Shown one piece after another: positions 1-12,698 of a stretch of 64,000 nucleotides of DNA. The position numbers and the translations under genes are program-made. The notes beneath the pieces were generated by a model. The model was not told where the DNA came from. It saw only the letters and a program-made list of their open reading frames with translations, and made no database searches. How positions within the stretch are numbered: the first letter of the stretch is position 1; each line of letters opens with the position of its first letter. Location: assembly GCA_030390025.1 (NCBI GenBank), contig CM059439.1, forward strand, positions 83,266,001 to 83,330,000, in the 5' to 3' direction. This DNA comes from Squalus acanthias (lineage: Eukaryota).

Positions 1-584
1 GGGAAGTAATTCCTTTCTCATCTGCTTGGGGCGGTTGTGCTGTGCGGCAAGGATTGATTTTCTGGCGGTCCTCTCACTGCCTGCATTGTTGGGGATCCTG
101 GTCAGATGTGTGACTGTTGTGGTATTTCTGCACCAAAATAATACTGAATAATATTTTTACACTTTTTTGCCCCCAGTAAGGCTGAGAGTTTGGGAATGTT
201 CCTTAGTTCTGTGCAGTTCTAGAACTGTTTGAAATGGCCATGTGCAATGAAAATAGTGTTTCCATTTTGCACGAGTTCTGTGAGCGAATCGCTTTGTTTG
301 TTTTAAAATGTGGAACTTTTTTTTTGTAACTTGTGAAATGATAGCCTGTGCTGTTCTAGAATTCATTAGAAATGTTGCTGAAAATTCTGTCCAGTGGTTG
401 TCTTGATAGGTGCAGGTCTACAGCACAGAACGGACCATAATACTTCAACAGAATCTGAATGTGTCGCCCAGTACGGGAGACTAGCTGGTGCACAAAGTGA
501 AAATGTCACCAGGATGCCTTAGGGCTGCTTCTCTGAGGTTGGGGTTAAGGCTTATATTTGAAATTGAGTCTTCGTGCTTGAGTG

Positions 585-1050
585 TCAGCCAGTGGCTCAG
601 TGGGTAGCATCCTCACCTCTGAGTCAGAAGGTTGTGGGTTCAAGTCCCACTCCAGGGACTTGAGCACAAAGATCTAGGCTGACACTCCCAGTGCAGTACT
701 GAGGGAGTGCTGCACTGTTGGAGGTGCCGTCTTTCGGATGTGATGTTAAGCCGAGGCCCCGCCTGCCCTCTCAGGAGGACATAAAAAATCCCATGGCACT
801 ATTTCGAAGAAGAGCAGGGGAGTTATCCCTGGTGTCCTGGCCGATATTTATCCCTCAACCAACATCACTAAAAGAGATTATCTGGTCATTATCACATTGC
901 TGTTTGTGAGAGCTTGCTGTGTGCAAATTGGCTGCCGTGTTTCCTACATTACAACAGCGACTACACTTCAAAAAGTACTTCATTGGCTGTAAAGCGCTTT
1001 GGGATGTCCAGTGGTCGTGAAAGGCGCGATATAAATGCAAGTCTTTCTTT
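585..1050 (+). mobile_element. tRNA-derived DeuSINE (SacSINE1-like), near full length
   Basis: A/B-box-like head (TGGCTCAGTGGG...GGTTCAAGTCC), core 'ccatggcactatttcgaagaagagcagggg', tail 'atataaatgcaagtctttcttt'; related copies elsewhere in the window. Confidence 0.75.
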
Positions 1051-1058
1051 TTTTTTCC

Positions 1059-1320
1059 AGTTGGTAGCAGTCTCGTCTCTGCGTCACTCCAGATACTTGA
1101 GCACAAAAATCTAGGTTGACACGACAGTGTAGTACTGTTGGAGTGCTGCACTGTTGGAGACAGTAATAAGACGTTAAACCGAGGCCCTGTCTGCTCTCTC
1201 AGGTGGACGTAAAAGATCCCATGGCACTATTTCAAAGAAGAGCAGAGGAGTTATCACCGGTGTCCTGGCCAATATTTATCCCTCAATCAACATCACTAAA
1301 AAAAAAAGAGATAATCACAT
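1059..1320 (+). mobile_element. Second, partial DeuSINE copy in tandem
   Basis: Re-occurrence of the core seen at about 660-900, with deletions. Confidence 0.65.
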
Positions 1321-1867
1321 GTTTTGTCTAATTTTACATTTCTTAATGAATCCGATTGGTAGTTTTTAGCCTGAGATAGATGGTCAGTCACAGTCGGAAA
1401 GGTCCGTCGTTAGTATTTACAGTGAACTTAGCAACATAAGGGATTTATTGTTCACCCCGGGCACACTACCTCCTAGATTACTTCAAACATACGGTCACGT
1501 TTTGGTTTATGAGAAGCATGGGCATGTTTGTGGAAATAGTTGATGGCATTAGGCGCAAAAAAAAGTATTTGCAGAGAGACGGAATTGTAGAACAGGTGTC
1601 CACCTGCAAATAAGTCAAACACAAATTTGCCAATGTACGGGTAAGTTTGATCATTTTCTTGCAAATTTTACAATTTTCTTTCCATCTTTCTTCTGTTAGC
1701 AACAATATTTCCAGTGCTAAATCCTTTCCGTTTACAGATAAAGCAAAATGTTGAAAAGATTTTCAAAAAATATTTTGAGCAATTTCATTGGTTCCTCTTT
1801 TCTTTTATTGCTTATTTTTGCTTACTGTTTGCATTAATAGGTCCTTAGTATTTTTGTGCAATTGTGA

Positions 1868-3972
1868 TAAGAACATAAGAACATAATAATTAGGAGCAGG
1901 AGTAGGCCATACGGCCCCTCGAGCCTACTCTGCCATTCAATAAGATCATGGCTGATCATCGACCTCAACTCCACTTTCCCGCCCGATCCACATATCCCTT
2001 GATTCCCCTAGAGTCCAAAAATCTATCGATCTCAGCCTTGAATATATTCAATGACTGAGCATCCACAGCGCTCTGGGGTAGAGAATTCCAAAGATTCACC
2101 AGCCTCTGAGTGAAGAAATTTCTCCTCATCTCATTCTTAAATGGCCTACCCCTTATCCCGAGACTATGCCCCCTAGTTCTGGACTCTCCAGACAGGGGAA
2201 ACAACCTCTCAGCATCTACCCTGTCAATCCCCCTGATATCTTATATGTTTCAATGAGATCACCTCTCATTCTTCTAAACTCCAGAGAGTATAGGCCCAAT
2301 CTACTTAATCTCTCATCATAGGACAACCCTCACATCCCAGGGATCAATCTAGTGAACCTTTGTTGCACTGCCTCTATGTCCTTTCTCAGATAAGGAGAAC
2401 AAAACTGTGCACAGTACTCCAGGTGTGGTCTCACCAAGGCCCTGTACAATTGTAGTAAGGCTTCCTTATTCTTGTACTCCAACCCCCCTGCAATAAAGGT
2501 CAACATGCCATTTGCCTTTCTAATTGCTTGCTGTACCTGCATGCTAACTTTGTGTTTCCTGAACGAAGACACTTAAATCTCTCTGAACACCAACATTTAA
2601 TAGTTTCTCACCATTTAAAAAATATTCTGTTTTTCTATGCTTCCTACCAAAGTGAATAACCTCACATTATACTCCATCTGCCAACTTATTGCCCACTCAC
2701 TTAACCTGTCTGTATACCTTTGCAGGCTCTTTGTGTTCTCCTCACAGCTTACTGTCCCACCTAGCTTTGTATCATCAGCAAACTTGGATACATTGCACTC
2801 GGTCCCTTCATCGAGGTCATTAATATAGATTGTAAATAGCTGAGGTCCAAGCACTGATCCTTGCGGCACCCCACTAGTTACAGCCTGCCAACCGAAAAAT
2901 GACCCGTTTATCCCTACTCTCTGTTTTCTGTCCATTAACCAATCCTCTATCCATGCTAATATATTACTCCCAACCCCATGAGCCCTTATCTTGTGTAGCA
3001 ACCGTTTATGTGGCACCTTATCGAATGCCTTTTGGAAATCCAAATATACTACATCCACTGGTTCCCCTTTATCTACCCTGCTAGTTACATCCTCAAAAAA
3101 CTCTAATAAATTTATTAAACACGATTTCCCTGTTATAAAACCATGTTGACTCTGCCTAATCATATTATGATTTTCTAAGTGCCCTGTTACCACTTCCTTA
3201 ATAATGGATTCCAGCATTTTCCTGATGACTGATAAGAGGCTAACTGGCCTGTAGGTCCCTGTTTTCTCTCTCCCTCCTTTCTTGAATATTGGGGTTACAT
3301 TTGCTACCTTCCAATCTGCTGGGACCATTCCAGAATCGAGGGAATTTTGGAAGATCACAATCAATGCATCCACTATCTCTTCAGCCACCTCTTTTGGAAC
3401 CCTAGAATGTCGGCCATCAGGTCCAGGGGATTTGTCGGTTTTTAGTCCCATTAGTTTCTCAAGTACTTTTTCTCTACTGATATTAATTACTTTAAGTTCC
3501 TAACCCTTATTAACCCCTTCGTTCCCCACTATTTTTGGTATGCTTTTTGTGCCTTCTACTGTGAAGACAGCTACAAAATATTTGTTTAAAGTCTCAGCCA
3601 TTTCCTTATTCCCCATTATAATTTCACCTGTCTCAGCCTCTAAGGGACCAACGCTTACTTTTGTTGCTCTCTTCCTTTTTACGTACTTGTAGAAGCTCTT
3701 ACAATCTGTTGTTATATTTCTTGCTAGTTTACTCTCTCATTCTATTTTCTCCCTTTTTATCAATTTTTTGGTCATTCTTTGCTGGTTTCTAAAGCTCTCC
3801 CAATCCTCAGGCTTACGACTAATCTTTGCAACATTAGAAGCCTCTTCTTTTAATCTAATACTAGCTTTAACTTCTTTAGTTAGCCACGGATGGATCCCGT
3901 GGAGTTTTTATTTCTCAATGGAATGTATATTCATTGAGAATTTTGGAATATTTCTTTAAATGTTTGCCATTT
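1868..3972 (-). mobile_element. CR1 LINE, 5'-truncated, frameshifted ORF2
   Basis: ORF 2615..3451 has [38 protein letters not shown]; CR1 3' tail (TTCTTATG)n at about 1868-1890. Confidence 0.93.
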
Positions 3973-4085
3973 GTAATTTTGAGTCAATATGTTGCAAGTA
4001 TAATATAAAAATTTGCTGTATGTAAGTGTGACACCCAAAGTATAACATCTTAAGTGTGAGGGACAAAACATGTGCTAGATGAAAG

Positions 4086-4109
4086 ATATATATATATATA
4101 TATATATAC
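4086..4109. repeat. (TA)n microsatellite
   Basis: Seen directly. Confidence 0.9.
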
Positions 4110-5492
4110 ACACTACTGTTTGTTACTGGGTATAACACTCCTATATATAATACACCACTGCTGTGTGTAACATTGTTGTAACTATTACAATAATAACACT
4201 GTGTGTTACTAATTTAATTTCTCTTGTACATTTTATAGAATAATGCACCATGTTGCTGCTTATAACGCTAATGTTTTTATGATACAATTAGTCAGTCTTC
4301 CATTGCGTTGCACATGGGGAGTTGAGACTAAGTGTAGTCTTCAGGCAAAGTGAGGTCAGAGAGAAGGGGTAATTATACCAGGGCTGCAGAAGTGATTGTC
4401 ACCATTTCAACATCATAAATTATGTCCTTATTTTTACATTTTACTTTGAGTTTATATTATTCATTATAATTAAACAGTAAAAATTTATGGGAATTTAGGA
4501 AACCGAGATTTTCGTTGCCCGCTCAGGTGGATGTATAAGAGCCCCTGATGCTACTGTTGTCGAAAATGAGCAGCAATCCCCCCTCAACAAACACCACCAA
4601 AAGTGGAGAAGTCATCTGACTGCTGTCTGTGGGATCTTGCTGTACGCAATGCACTAAGTGGCTGCCACACGTTTGCTCACATGACAATAATGAAGTGATT
4701 TGATGAGGTGCTATATAAATGAAAGTACTCTGGGTCTAATAATACAATAATATGGGTAGAGCTGTTCGGCTCCTGAATATTTTACACAGATTTTCATGCT
4801 GAAATCATTTCAGATCAAAAGGATTACTCATTTGCAGCAACTATTATCTGCAACTCGACAGATCCCTTTGATAAAGCTGTGTATGACAGAGCAGAGGAGA
4901 ACGTGGAACCGCGGTTCAAATTATCATTCAGGAATGTGATGCGGAATTGCAGGTTTTAATTGATGAAGAAATCATTCGAGGCTGTTGCTAAACTGACTCT
5001 CAAGTCACTGCCTGACATTTTCCTGAACGGAGTGGAGAGGTTGCCAAGGATTTTCCGTAGCTCTGTGCCAGCGTGCTCCAGTGGTCAGTCACACAATGGA
5101 AGGGAAAGAAAGACGAGATGTGGTCTGGCAGTCTTTTGATGTGTGTGTGCGCATCACCGGGGAAAACATTTCTTGTGAATCACAAATTAAACAAAGGGTG
5201 ACACTTGGCTAGCTTTCATCTGTCGTTGAAGCCTGTTCTCACTGTGTGTGGCGAGGAGCAGTGAACGACTGAAAGTTCTGGGGACTGCTCTCCATGGTTC
5301 CAACAAAATGACAGCTGTAGTTTCTCTGCAGCTCTGTCCTTCCCTTCACCCCCCACCACCCCGCACCCACTTTGATTTTCCCCTGGTTCAGCCCCAGATC
5401 ACCTCCAGTATCATTCTCCAGCAGATTGAGAATGTGGAACTCGCTGCCACGTGGAGTGGTTGAGGCGAATAGCGTAGATGCATTTAAGGGGA

Positions 5493-6815
5493 ACATAAGA
5501 AATAGGAGCAGGAGTAGGCCATTCACTGCTTCGAACCTGCTCCGCCATTCAATAAGATCATGGCTGATCTTCTACCTCAACTCCACCTTCCCGCACTATC
5601 CCCATATCCCTCGATTCCCTTTGCATCCATAGAATCATAGAGGTTTACGCCACAGAATGAGGCCATTCAGCCCATTGTGTCCGCGCCGGCCGAAAAAGAG
5701 CCACACAGCCTAATTCCACTTTCCAGCTCTTGGTCCGTAGCATTGTATGTTACGGCATATCCAAGTACTTTTTAAATGTGATGAGGATTTGAGACCCCAC
5801 CACCCTCTGGGTGAAAAAAGTTCTCCTCAACTCCCCTCTGATCCTTCTACCAATTACTTTAAATCTATGCCCCCTGGTTATTGACCTCTCTGCTAGGAGA
5901 AATAGGTCCTTCCTATCCACTCTATCTCGGCCCCTCATAATTTTATACACCTTAATTAAGTCTTCCCTCAGCCTCCTCTGTTCCAAAGAAAACAACCCCA
6001 GCCTATCCAATCTTTCCTCATAGCTAAAATTCTCCAGTCCTGGCAACATCCTCGTAAATCTCCTCTGTACCCCCTCTAGTGCAATCACATCTTTCCTGTA
6101 ATGTGGTGACCATAACTGCACGCAGTACTCGAGCTGTGGCCTAACTAGTTTTTTATACAGTTCTAGCATAACCTCCCTGCTCTTATATTCTATGCCTTGG
6201 CTAATAAAGGAAAGTATTCCATATGCCTTCTTAACCACCTTATCTACCTGTCCTGCTACCTTCAGGGATCTATGGACACGCACTCCAAGGTCCCCCTGTT
6301 CCTCTACACTTCTCAGTATCCTACTATTTATTGTGAATTCCCTTGCCTTGTTAGCCCTCCACAAATGCATTACCTCACACTTCTCCGGATTGAATTCCAT
6401 TTGCCACTGTTCTGCCCACCTGATCAGTCCATTGATATCTTCCTGCAGTCTACAGCTTTCTTCCTCATTATCAAACACAGGGCCAATTTTTGTATCATCT
6501 GCAAACTTCTTAATCATGACCCCTACATTGAAGTCTAAATCATTGATATATATCACAAAAAGCAAGGGACCGAGTACTGAGCCCTGTGGAACCCCACTGG
6601 AAACAGCCTTCCAGTTGCAAAAACTCCCCTCAACCATTACCCTTTGCTTCCTGCCACTGAGCCAATTTTGGATCCAACTTGCCACTTTCCCTTGGATCCC
6701 ATGGGCTTTTACTTATCTGACTAGTCTGCCATGTGGGACCTTGTCAAAAGCCTTGCTAAAATCCAAGTAGACGACATCAAACACTCTACCCTCACCGACC
6801 CTCCTTGTTACCTCC
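5493..6815 (-). mobile_element. CR1 LINE 3' part (RT C-terminal half) plus an adjacent short CR1 tail fragment (5493-5625)
   Basis: ORF 5750..6685 has [30 protein letters not shown]. Confidence 0.9.
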
Positions 6816-7317
6816 TCAATTTTTTTTTGGTTAGGGAAGTTAAATAAGTACTTGATGGAGGAAGGAATAGAAAGATATTGTGATAGGGTGAGATGATGTC
6901 AGGTGGAAGGAGGCTGGTGTAGAGCATAAACACCAGCAGAGACCAGTTGGGCCTGTTTCTGTGCAATTCAATGTAATTCCAACGCCAGCCATTAGGAGGT
7001 CTGAGAGAACGGCCTGAGTGACTCTCCCTCCGAGTTCCCAATCCCCTCTGTTGGAGAAATAAAACCTGCATCGACTGTTTTGTGGCATTAGCATGTGGCG
7101 GCTCCAAGATTGGGCTTGCTGTAATGCCCCTCATTGTTGAATATGCTTCTGGCATTCGTTGTCTTGGTTCACACATGAAGAGTACCCACTGGGACAAGGT
7201 ACCGGAGGATAGCTAGCTCCCATGGAACAGTGCCCCCGTGTAAGTCACTACCTTCAGGAGAGAAAAGTGGTAGAAAATTTGAGCCGAGCCGTGAACATAC
7301 AATAAGATGCGTCTTAC

Positions 7318-7425
7318 CTCTTCCAATTTTTCAATACGCTTGACAAGCTTGGTTGTAACTGAGTGTAACTTTAGGAGGTCCAATCCAAAGAAGGTGCTTT
7401 CCAACAGTTCCATCAGAGAGGAGAG
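7318..7425 (-). CDS. OLFML2B: OLFML2B coding exon 3 (108 bp, 36 aa)
   Basis: [36 protein letters not shown] resembles the OLFML2B coiled-coil segment ([15 protein letters not shown], recalled from memory); acceptor tttgttttcag, donor GAG|gtaaga; phase 0 fits exon 2. Confidence 0.93.
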
Positions 7426-7559
7426 CTGAAAACAAATTAGATACACGTTGGAACAATGTTGTAATTGAGAGAAAACAAATCACCGGTCACCTTCACCAAA
7501 CTGTGTACCACGCACCCTAGAGGTGAATTAGCATAACAGCACCCTGGAGGCAAACTCGT

Positions 7560-7820
7560 CCCACTACCATCTCCTCTCGCACCATCATCCCTTTTGTCTC
7601 TTGATCTCTCCTGCCTTCCATCCTATCACAGACCTTCCCTTTTGTTCTTTCCTCCCCTCCCCCCTCTCCCTGCCCCTACACTTGCTTAAAAACCTGTTAC
7701 ATCTCCAACTTTTTCCAGTTCTGACGAAGGGTCATCGACCTGAAACGTTAACTCTGTTTCTCTCTCCACAGATGCTGCCTGACCTGCTGAGTATTTCCAG
7801 CATTTTCTGTTTTTATTTCA
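7560..7820 (+). mobile_element. Penelope-like element 3' terminal fragment
   Basis: Closely similar to 9640-9900, which follows a GIY-YIG ORF; contains a hammerhead motif. Confidence 0.75.
7717..7753 (+). ncRNA. Minimal type I hammerhead ribozyme motif
   Basis: AGTT-CTGACGA-AGGGTCATCGACCT-GAAAC-GTT-AACT: core boxes, stem II, palindromic AACGTT stem III, 4-bp stem I. Confidence 0.7.
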
Positions 7821-8935
7821 ACTGAAATTGATTGCCTTCCCCTAGCTCCCTGCCCCCCCACCCCAACACATTTTAAAGGACATAAAATGGTAACGTTATT
7901 CATTTAATCAGTTAAAATATTAACCACGTTACTAATGATCTTGTTGTGTAATAATTAGCAAGCACCGTTGTTAGTGTTCTGCGGGCAGTGGATTATAGTT
8001 ACACTCCGAGTGGCTGTTCACAGAACAGGTGTGTTTGTTGTATAGTGAAAGGGAGAATAGGTGATCCTCCATTTTCCTGCATGGTGCACAGTGTATGACA
8101 GGAGTCACGTGAGGCATCATGATGGAAAACAAAAATAATAATCTATTAAATATCCAATACTGATTCCATGATATATAATTTCTTGAACTTTGTTTTTGTA
8201 TGAATTCTCATTTTTCTCCTTAGCCCATTCATCTTACATTATTCGGACAGCACAATCCAGGCAACAAATAGCTCCATCGCTGGCGTCAGTACCTCTCCTT
8301 GGTTGTCCCATCAGGAGACGCACTTGTGCAGAAGAGATCCCTCAGGTTAGATTCTCCTTTGTCCATTTGACACCCATTAGTGAATAGTGACCTCCTGGTC
8401 AGTTGTCCAAATCTCTGCAACCAGGCAGGTTTGGGGTGACACAGTAATTTTTTTCAGTGTGCGTTACGAACAAGGTCTTTTAACTTGAAACACGTCTTCT
8501 AAGAAAGAGTCAGCTTGGTTCAATGGTAGCACTCTTGCCTCCGAGTCAGAATGTCTAAGCCGTGCTCCTGAATTTTGGTACATAATCTAGGATAACATTT
8601 CAGTGCCGTACTGAGGGAGTGCTGTATTGTTGGAGGTGCCATGCTTTGGATAAGATATTAAAGCAATGCTTCAAAAAGTACTTAATTGGCTGTGAGGTGA
8701 TGTGGGACATTCTGAGGACATGAAAGTGCTATATAAATACAAGTTCTTTTCTTTTTCTTTACTTTCTTTCTTTTCCTTTGGCTTTGTTCCTTTCCCTTCA
8801 TTCTCTTTCCTTTTGATCTTTTTCTCTCTCTTTTCCTTTTGCATTTATATTATAGACCCACTTTTCTACTTGAAGTGGTTCCATTACAAATAAACTTACA
8901 TTTGGAAAGGCATAGGTTAATCAAGGAGAGCCAGC

Positions 8936-9902
8936 CCCACCAGCCTCCACATTCAACGGATCATCCTCCACCATTTCCGCCACCTCCAGCGTGATTCCAT
9001 CACCAAACACATCTTCCCCTCACCTCCCCTTTCAGCATTCCGTAGGGACCGCTCCCTCCGCGACACCCTGGTCCGCTCCTCAATCACCCCTAACAGCCCT
9101 TCCCCTTCGCCTGGCACCTTCCCGTGCAAGCGCACGAGATGTAACCCCTGCCCTTTTACCTCCTCCCTTCCCGCTGTCCAGGGCCCCAAACACTCCTTCC
9201 AGGTGAAACAGCGATTTACTTGTACTTTGTGCAATTTAGTATACTGTATTCGCTGCTCACGATGCGGTGTCCTCCACATTGGGGAGACCAAACACAGATT
9301 GGGTGACCGCTTTGTGGAACACCTCCATTCAGACTGTAAGGGTGACCCCGAGCTTCTGGTCGCCGGTCACTTTAATTCTCCGCTCCACTCCCACCTCACC
9401 GTCCTCGGCCTCTTACACTGTTCCAATGAAGCTCAACGTAAGCTCTAGGAACAGCACCTCATCTTTTGATTAGGCACTTTACAGCCTTCTGGACTCAACA
9501 TAGAGTTCAACAATTTCAGACCATAACCTCTGCCCCTATCTCTTTTTTTCCTTTTTTTTTCTCTCTCTCACCTGGCAGCTGTCTTTCATTCTGCCATTTA
9601 CACTTCATCTAGAGCCATCTTTTGTTTCTTAACTTGTCCCATTACCATCTCCTTTTGCCTTGCACCATCATTTCTTTTGTCTCTTAATCTCTCCTGCCTT
9701 CCATCCTATCACAGACCTTCCCTTTTGTTCTTGCCTCCCCTCCCCCCTCTCCCTGCCCCTGCATTTGCTTAAAAACATGTTCCATCTCCAGCTTTTTCCA
9801 GTTCTGACGAAGAGTCATCGACCTGAAACGTTAACTCAGTTTCTCTCTCCACAGATGCTGCCTGACCTGCTGAGTATTTCCAGCATTTTCTGATTTTATT
9901 TC
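8936..9902 (+). mobile_element. Penelope-like element 3' fragment: decayed GIY-YIG endonuclease plus terminal repeat
   Basis: ORF 9203..9448: NLVYCIRCSRCGVLHIGETKHRLGDRFVEH...VAGHFN, continuing to LGTLQPSGLN after stops. Confidence 0.85.
9800..9836 (+). ncRNA. Minimal type I hammerhead ribozyme motif
   Basis: AGTT-CTGACGA-AGAGTCATCGACCT-GAAAC-GTT-AACT; stem II slightly weakened. Confidence 0.6.
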
Positions 9903-12312
9903 ATAGAAGATAGGAGCAGGAGTAGGCCATTCGGCCCTTCAAGCCTGCTCCGCCATTCAATCAGATCATGGCTGATCATCCAAATTCAGTTCCCTGTCCC
10001 TGCTTTCTCCCCATATCCCTTGATCCCTTTAGCCTTAAGAACTATATCTAACTCCTTCTTGAATATATTTAATGATTTGGCCTCAACTGCCTTCTGTGGT
10101 AGAGAAATTCCTCCTCATCTCAGTCCTAAATGGCTTACCCCTTATCCTTAGACTGTGACCCCTGGTTCTGGATTCACCCGCCATCGGGAACAGCCTTCCT
10201 GCATCTAGTCTGTCTAGTCCTGTTAGAATTTTATAAGTTTCAATGAGATCCCCTCTCATTCTTCTAAACTCTACCGAGTATAAGCCTAATCGACCCAATC
10301 TCTCTTCATACGTCTTCCCTGCCATCCCAGGTATCAGTCTGGTGAATCTTCGCTGCACTCCCTCCATGGCAAGAACATCCTTCCTCAGATAAGGTGACCA
10401 AAACTGCACACAATACTCAAGGTGTGGTCTCACCAAGGCCCTGTACAACTGCAGCAAGACATCCCTGCTCCTGTACTCGAATCCTCTCACTATGAAGGCC
10501 GACATACCATTTGCCTTCTTAACCGCCTGCTGCACCTGCATGCTTACCTTCAGCGACAGGTCTGGTTGCACCTCCCCTTTTCCCAATCTATTGTCGTTCA
10601 GATAATAATCTGCCTTCCTGTTTTTGCCACCAAAGTGGATAACCTCTCATTTATCCACATTATACTGCATCTGCCATGCATTTGCCCACTCACCCAACCT
10701 GTCCAAATCATACTGGAGTTTCTCTGCATCCTCCTCACAGCACACACGCCCACCCAGCTTTGTGTCATCTGCAAACTTGGAGATATTACATCTACTTCCC
10801 TCATCTAAATCATTAATATATATTGTGAATAGCTGGGGTCCTAGCACCGATCCCTGCGGCACCCCACTAGTCACTGCCTGCCACTCGGAAAAAGACTCGT
10901 TTATTCCAACTCTCTGCTTCCTGTCTGTCAACCAGTTCTCTATCCAAGTCAGTACCTTACCCCCAATCCCATGTGCTTTAACTTTGCATACGAATCTCTT
11001 ATGCGGGATCTTGTCGAAAGCCTTCTGAAAGTCCAAATACACCACATCCACTGGTTCTCCCTTATCAATTCTACCAGTTACATCCTCAAAAAATTCCAGT
11101 AGATTTGTCAAGCATGTTGACTTTGTCCGATCCTGTCACTGTTTTCCAAGTGCTCTGCTATTACATCTTTTATAATGGACTCTAGCATTTTCCCTACTAC
11201 CGATGTCAGGCTTTATAATTCCCCGTTTTCTCTCTACCACCTTTTTTAAATAGTGGGGTTACATTAGCTACCCTCCAATCCATGGGAACTGTTCCAGAGT
11301 CTCTAGAATTTTGTAAGATGACCAGCAATGCATCTACTATTTCTAGGGCCACTTCCTTAAGTACCCTGGGATGTAGATTATCAGGCCCTGGGGATTTATC
11401 GGCCTTCAATCCCGTCAATTTCCCTCACACCATTTCCCTACAAATACTGATTTCATTCAGTTCCTCCCTCTCATTAGACCCTATGTTCCCGACCTCTCTG
11501 GGAGTTTATTTGTGTCCTCCTTTGTGAAGACAGAACCAAAGTATGTATTTAATTGGTCTGCCATTTCTTTGTTCCCCATTATAAATTCCCCTGATTCTGA
11601 CTGCAAGGGACCTACGCTTGACTTCACCAATCTTTTTCTCTTCACATATCTATAGAAGCTTTTACAGTCAGTTTTTATGTTGCCTGCAAGCTTACTCTCA
11701 TTCTATTTTCCCCCTCATAATTAATCCCTTTGTCCTCCTTTGCTGAATCCTAAACTGCTCCCAATCCTCAGGTTTGCTGCTTTTTCTGGCCAATTTATAT
11801 GTCTGCTCCTTGGATCTTATGCTATCCCTAATTTCCCTTGTTAGCCACGGTTGAGCCAACTTTCCTGTTTTATTTTTATGCCAGACAGGGATGAACAAAT
11901 TCTGTAGCTCATCCATGTGATCGTTAAATGTTTGCCATTGCCTATCCACCGTCAACCCTTCAAGTAACGTTCCACAATCCATCCTAGCCAACTCGTGCCC
12001 CATACCATCGTAGTTTCCTTTATTTAAATTCAGGACCCTAGTCTCTGAGTCAACTATGTCACTCTCCATCTTAATGAAGAATTCTATCATATTGTGATCG
12101 CTCTTCCCCAAGGGACCTCGCACAACAAGATTGCTAATTAATCCTTTCTCATTACATAATACCCAGTCTAAGATGGCCTGATCTCTAGTTGGTTCCTCGA
12201 CATATTGGTCCAGGAAACCGTCCCGTATACACTCTAGGAATTCCTCCTCCACAGTATTGTTACTAATTTGGTTAGCCCAATCTATATGCAGATTAAAGTC
12301 ACCCATGATAAC
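9903..12312 (-). mobile_element. CR1 LINE (end of endonuclease to 3' tail), with deletions and frameshifts
   Basis: MGDFN..., LDWVL, SDH endonuclease motifs in 11698..12306; RT motifs in 10647..11111; same subfamily as 49690-51090. Confidence 0.93.
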
Positions 12313-12698
12313 TCAAGGAGAGCAAGCATGGATTTGTTAAAGGTAAATCGCATCTGAATAACTTGATTGAATTCTTTGATGAGGTAATAGAGAAGGTTGA
12401 TCCAGGTAGTGCAGTAGATGTTGCAAATATGGACTTTCAGAAAGTATTCGACAAAGTGCCACACAGGAGGCTTATTAAGAAGATGGAAGCCCATGGAATT
12501 AAGGGGCAAGTGGTGGTATGGATACAAAATTGGCTCAGTGACAAGAAGCAAAGGGTGGTGGTGGATAGATGTTTTTCAGTCTGGGAGGTGGTTTGCAGTG
12601 GTGTTTCCCCAAGTCAGTTTTGGGTCCATTACTCTTTTTCAATTTTTATAAACGACCTAAACTCGGGTGTAGGGAGCAGTATTATAATGTTTGCAGAT

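Noticed and set aside
585-660. tRNA genes at SINE heads (also 41704, 56765, 60290)
   Set aside because: They continue into SINE cores and tails and lack a proper cloverleaf.
1473-1705. Candidate OLFML2B exon 4
   Set aside because: No recognisable similarity to the expected downstream sequence and no convincing splice pair; later exons probably lie left of the window.
6192-6770. ORFs antisense to CR1 RT (also 10624..11028, 44311..44958)
   Set aside because: Antisense shadows of CR1 ORF2.
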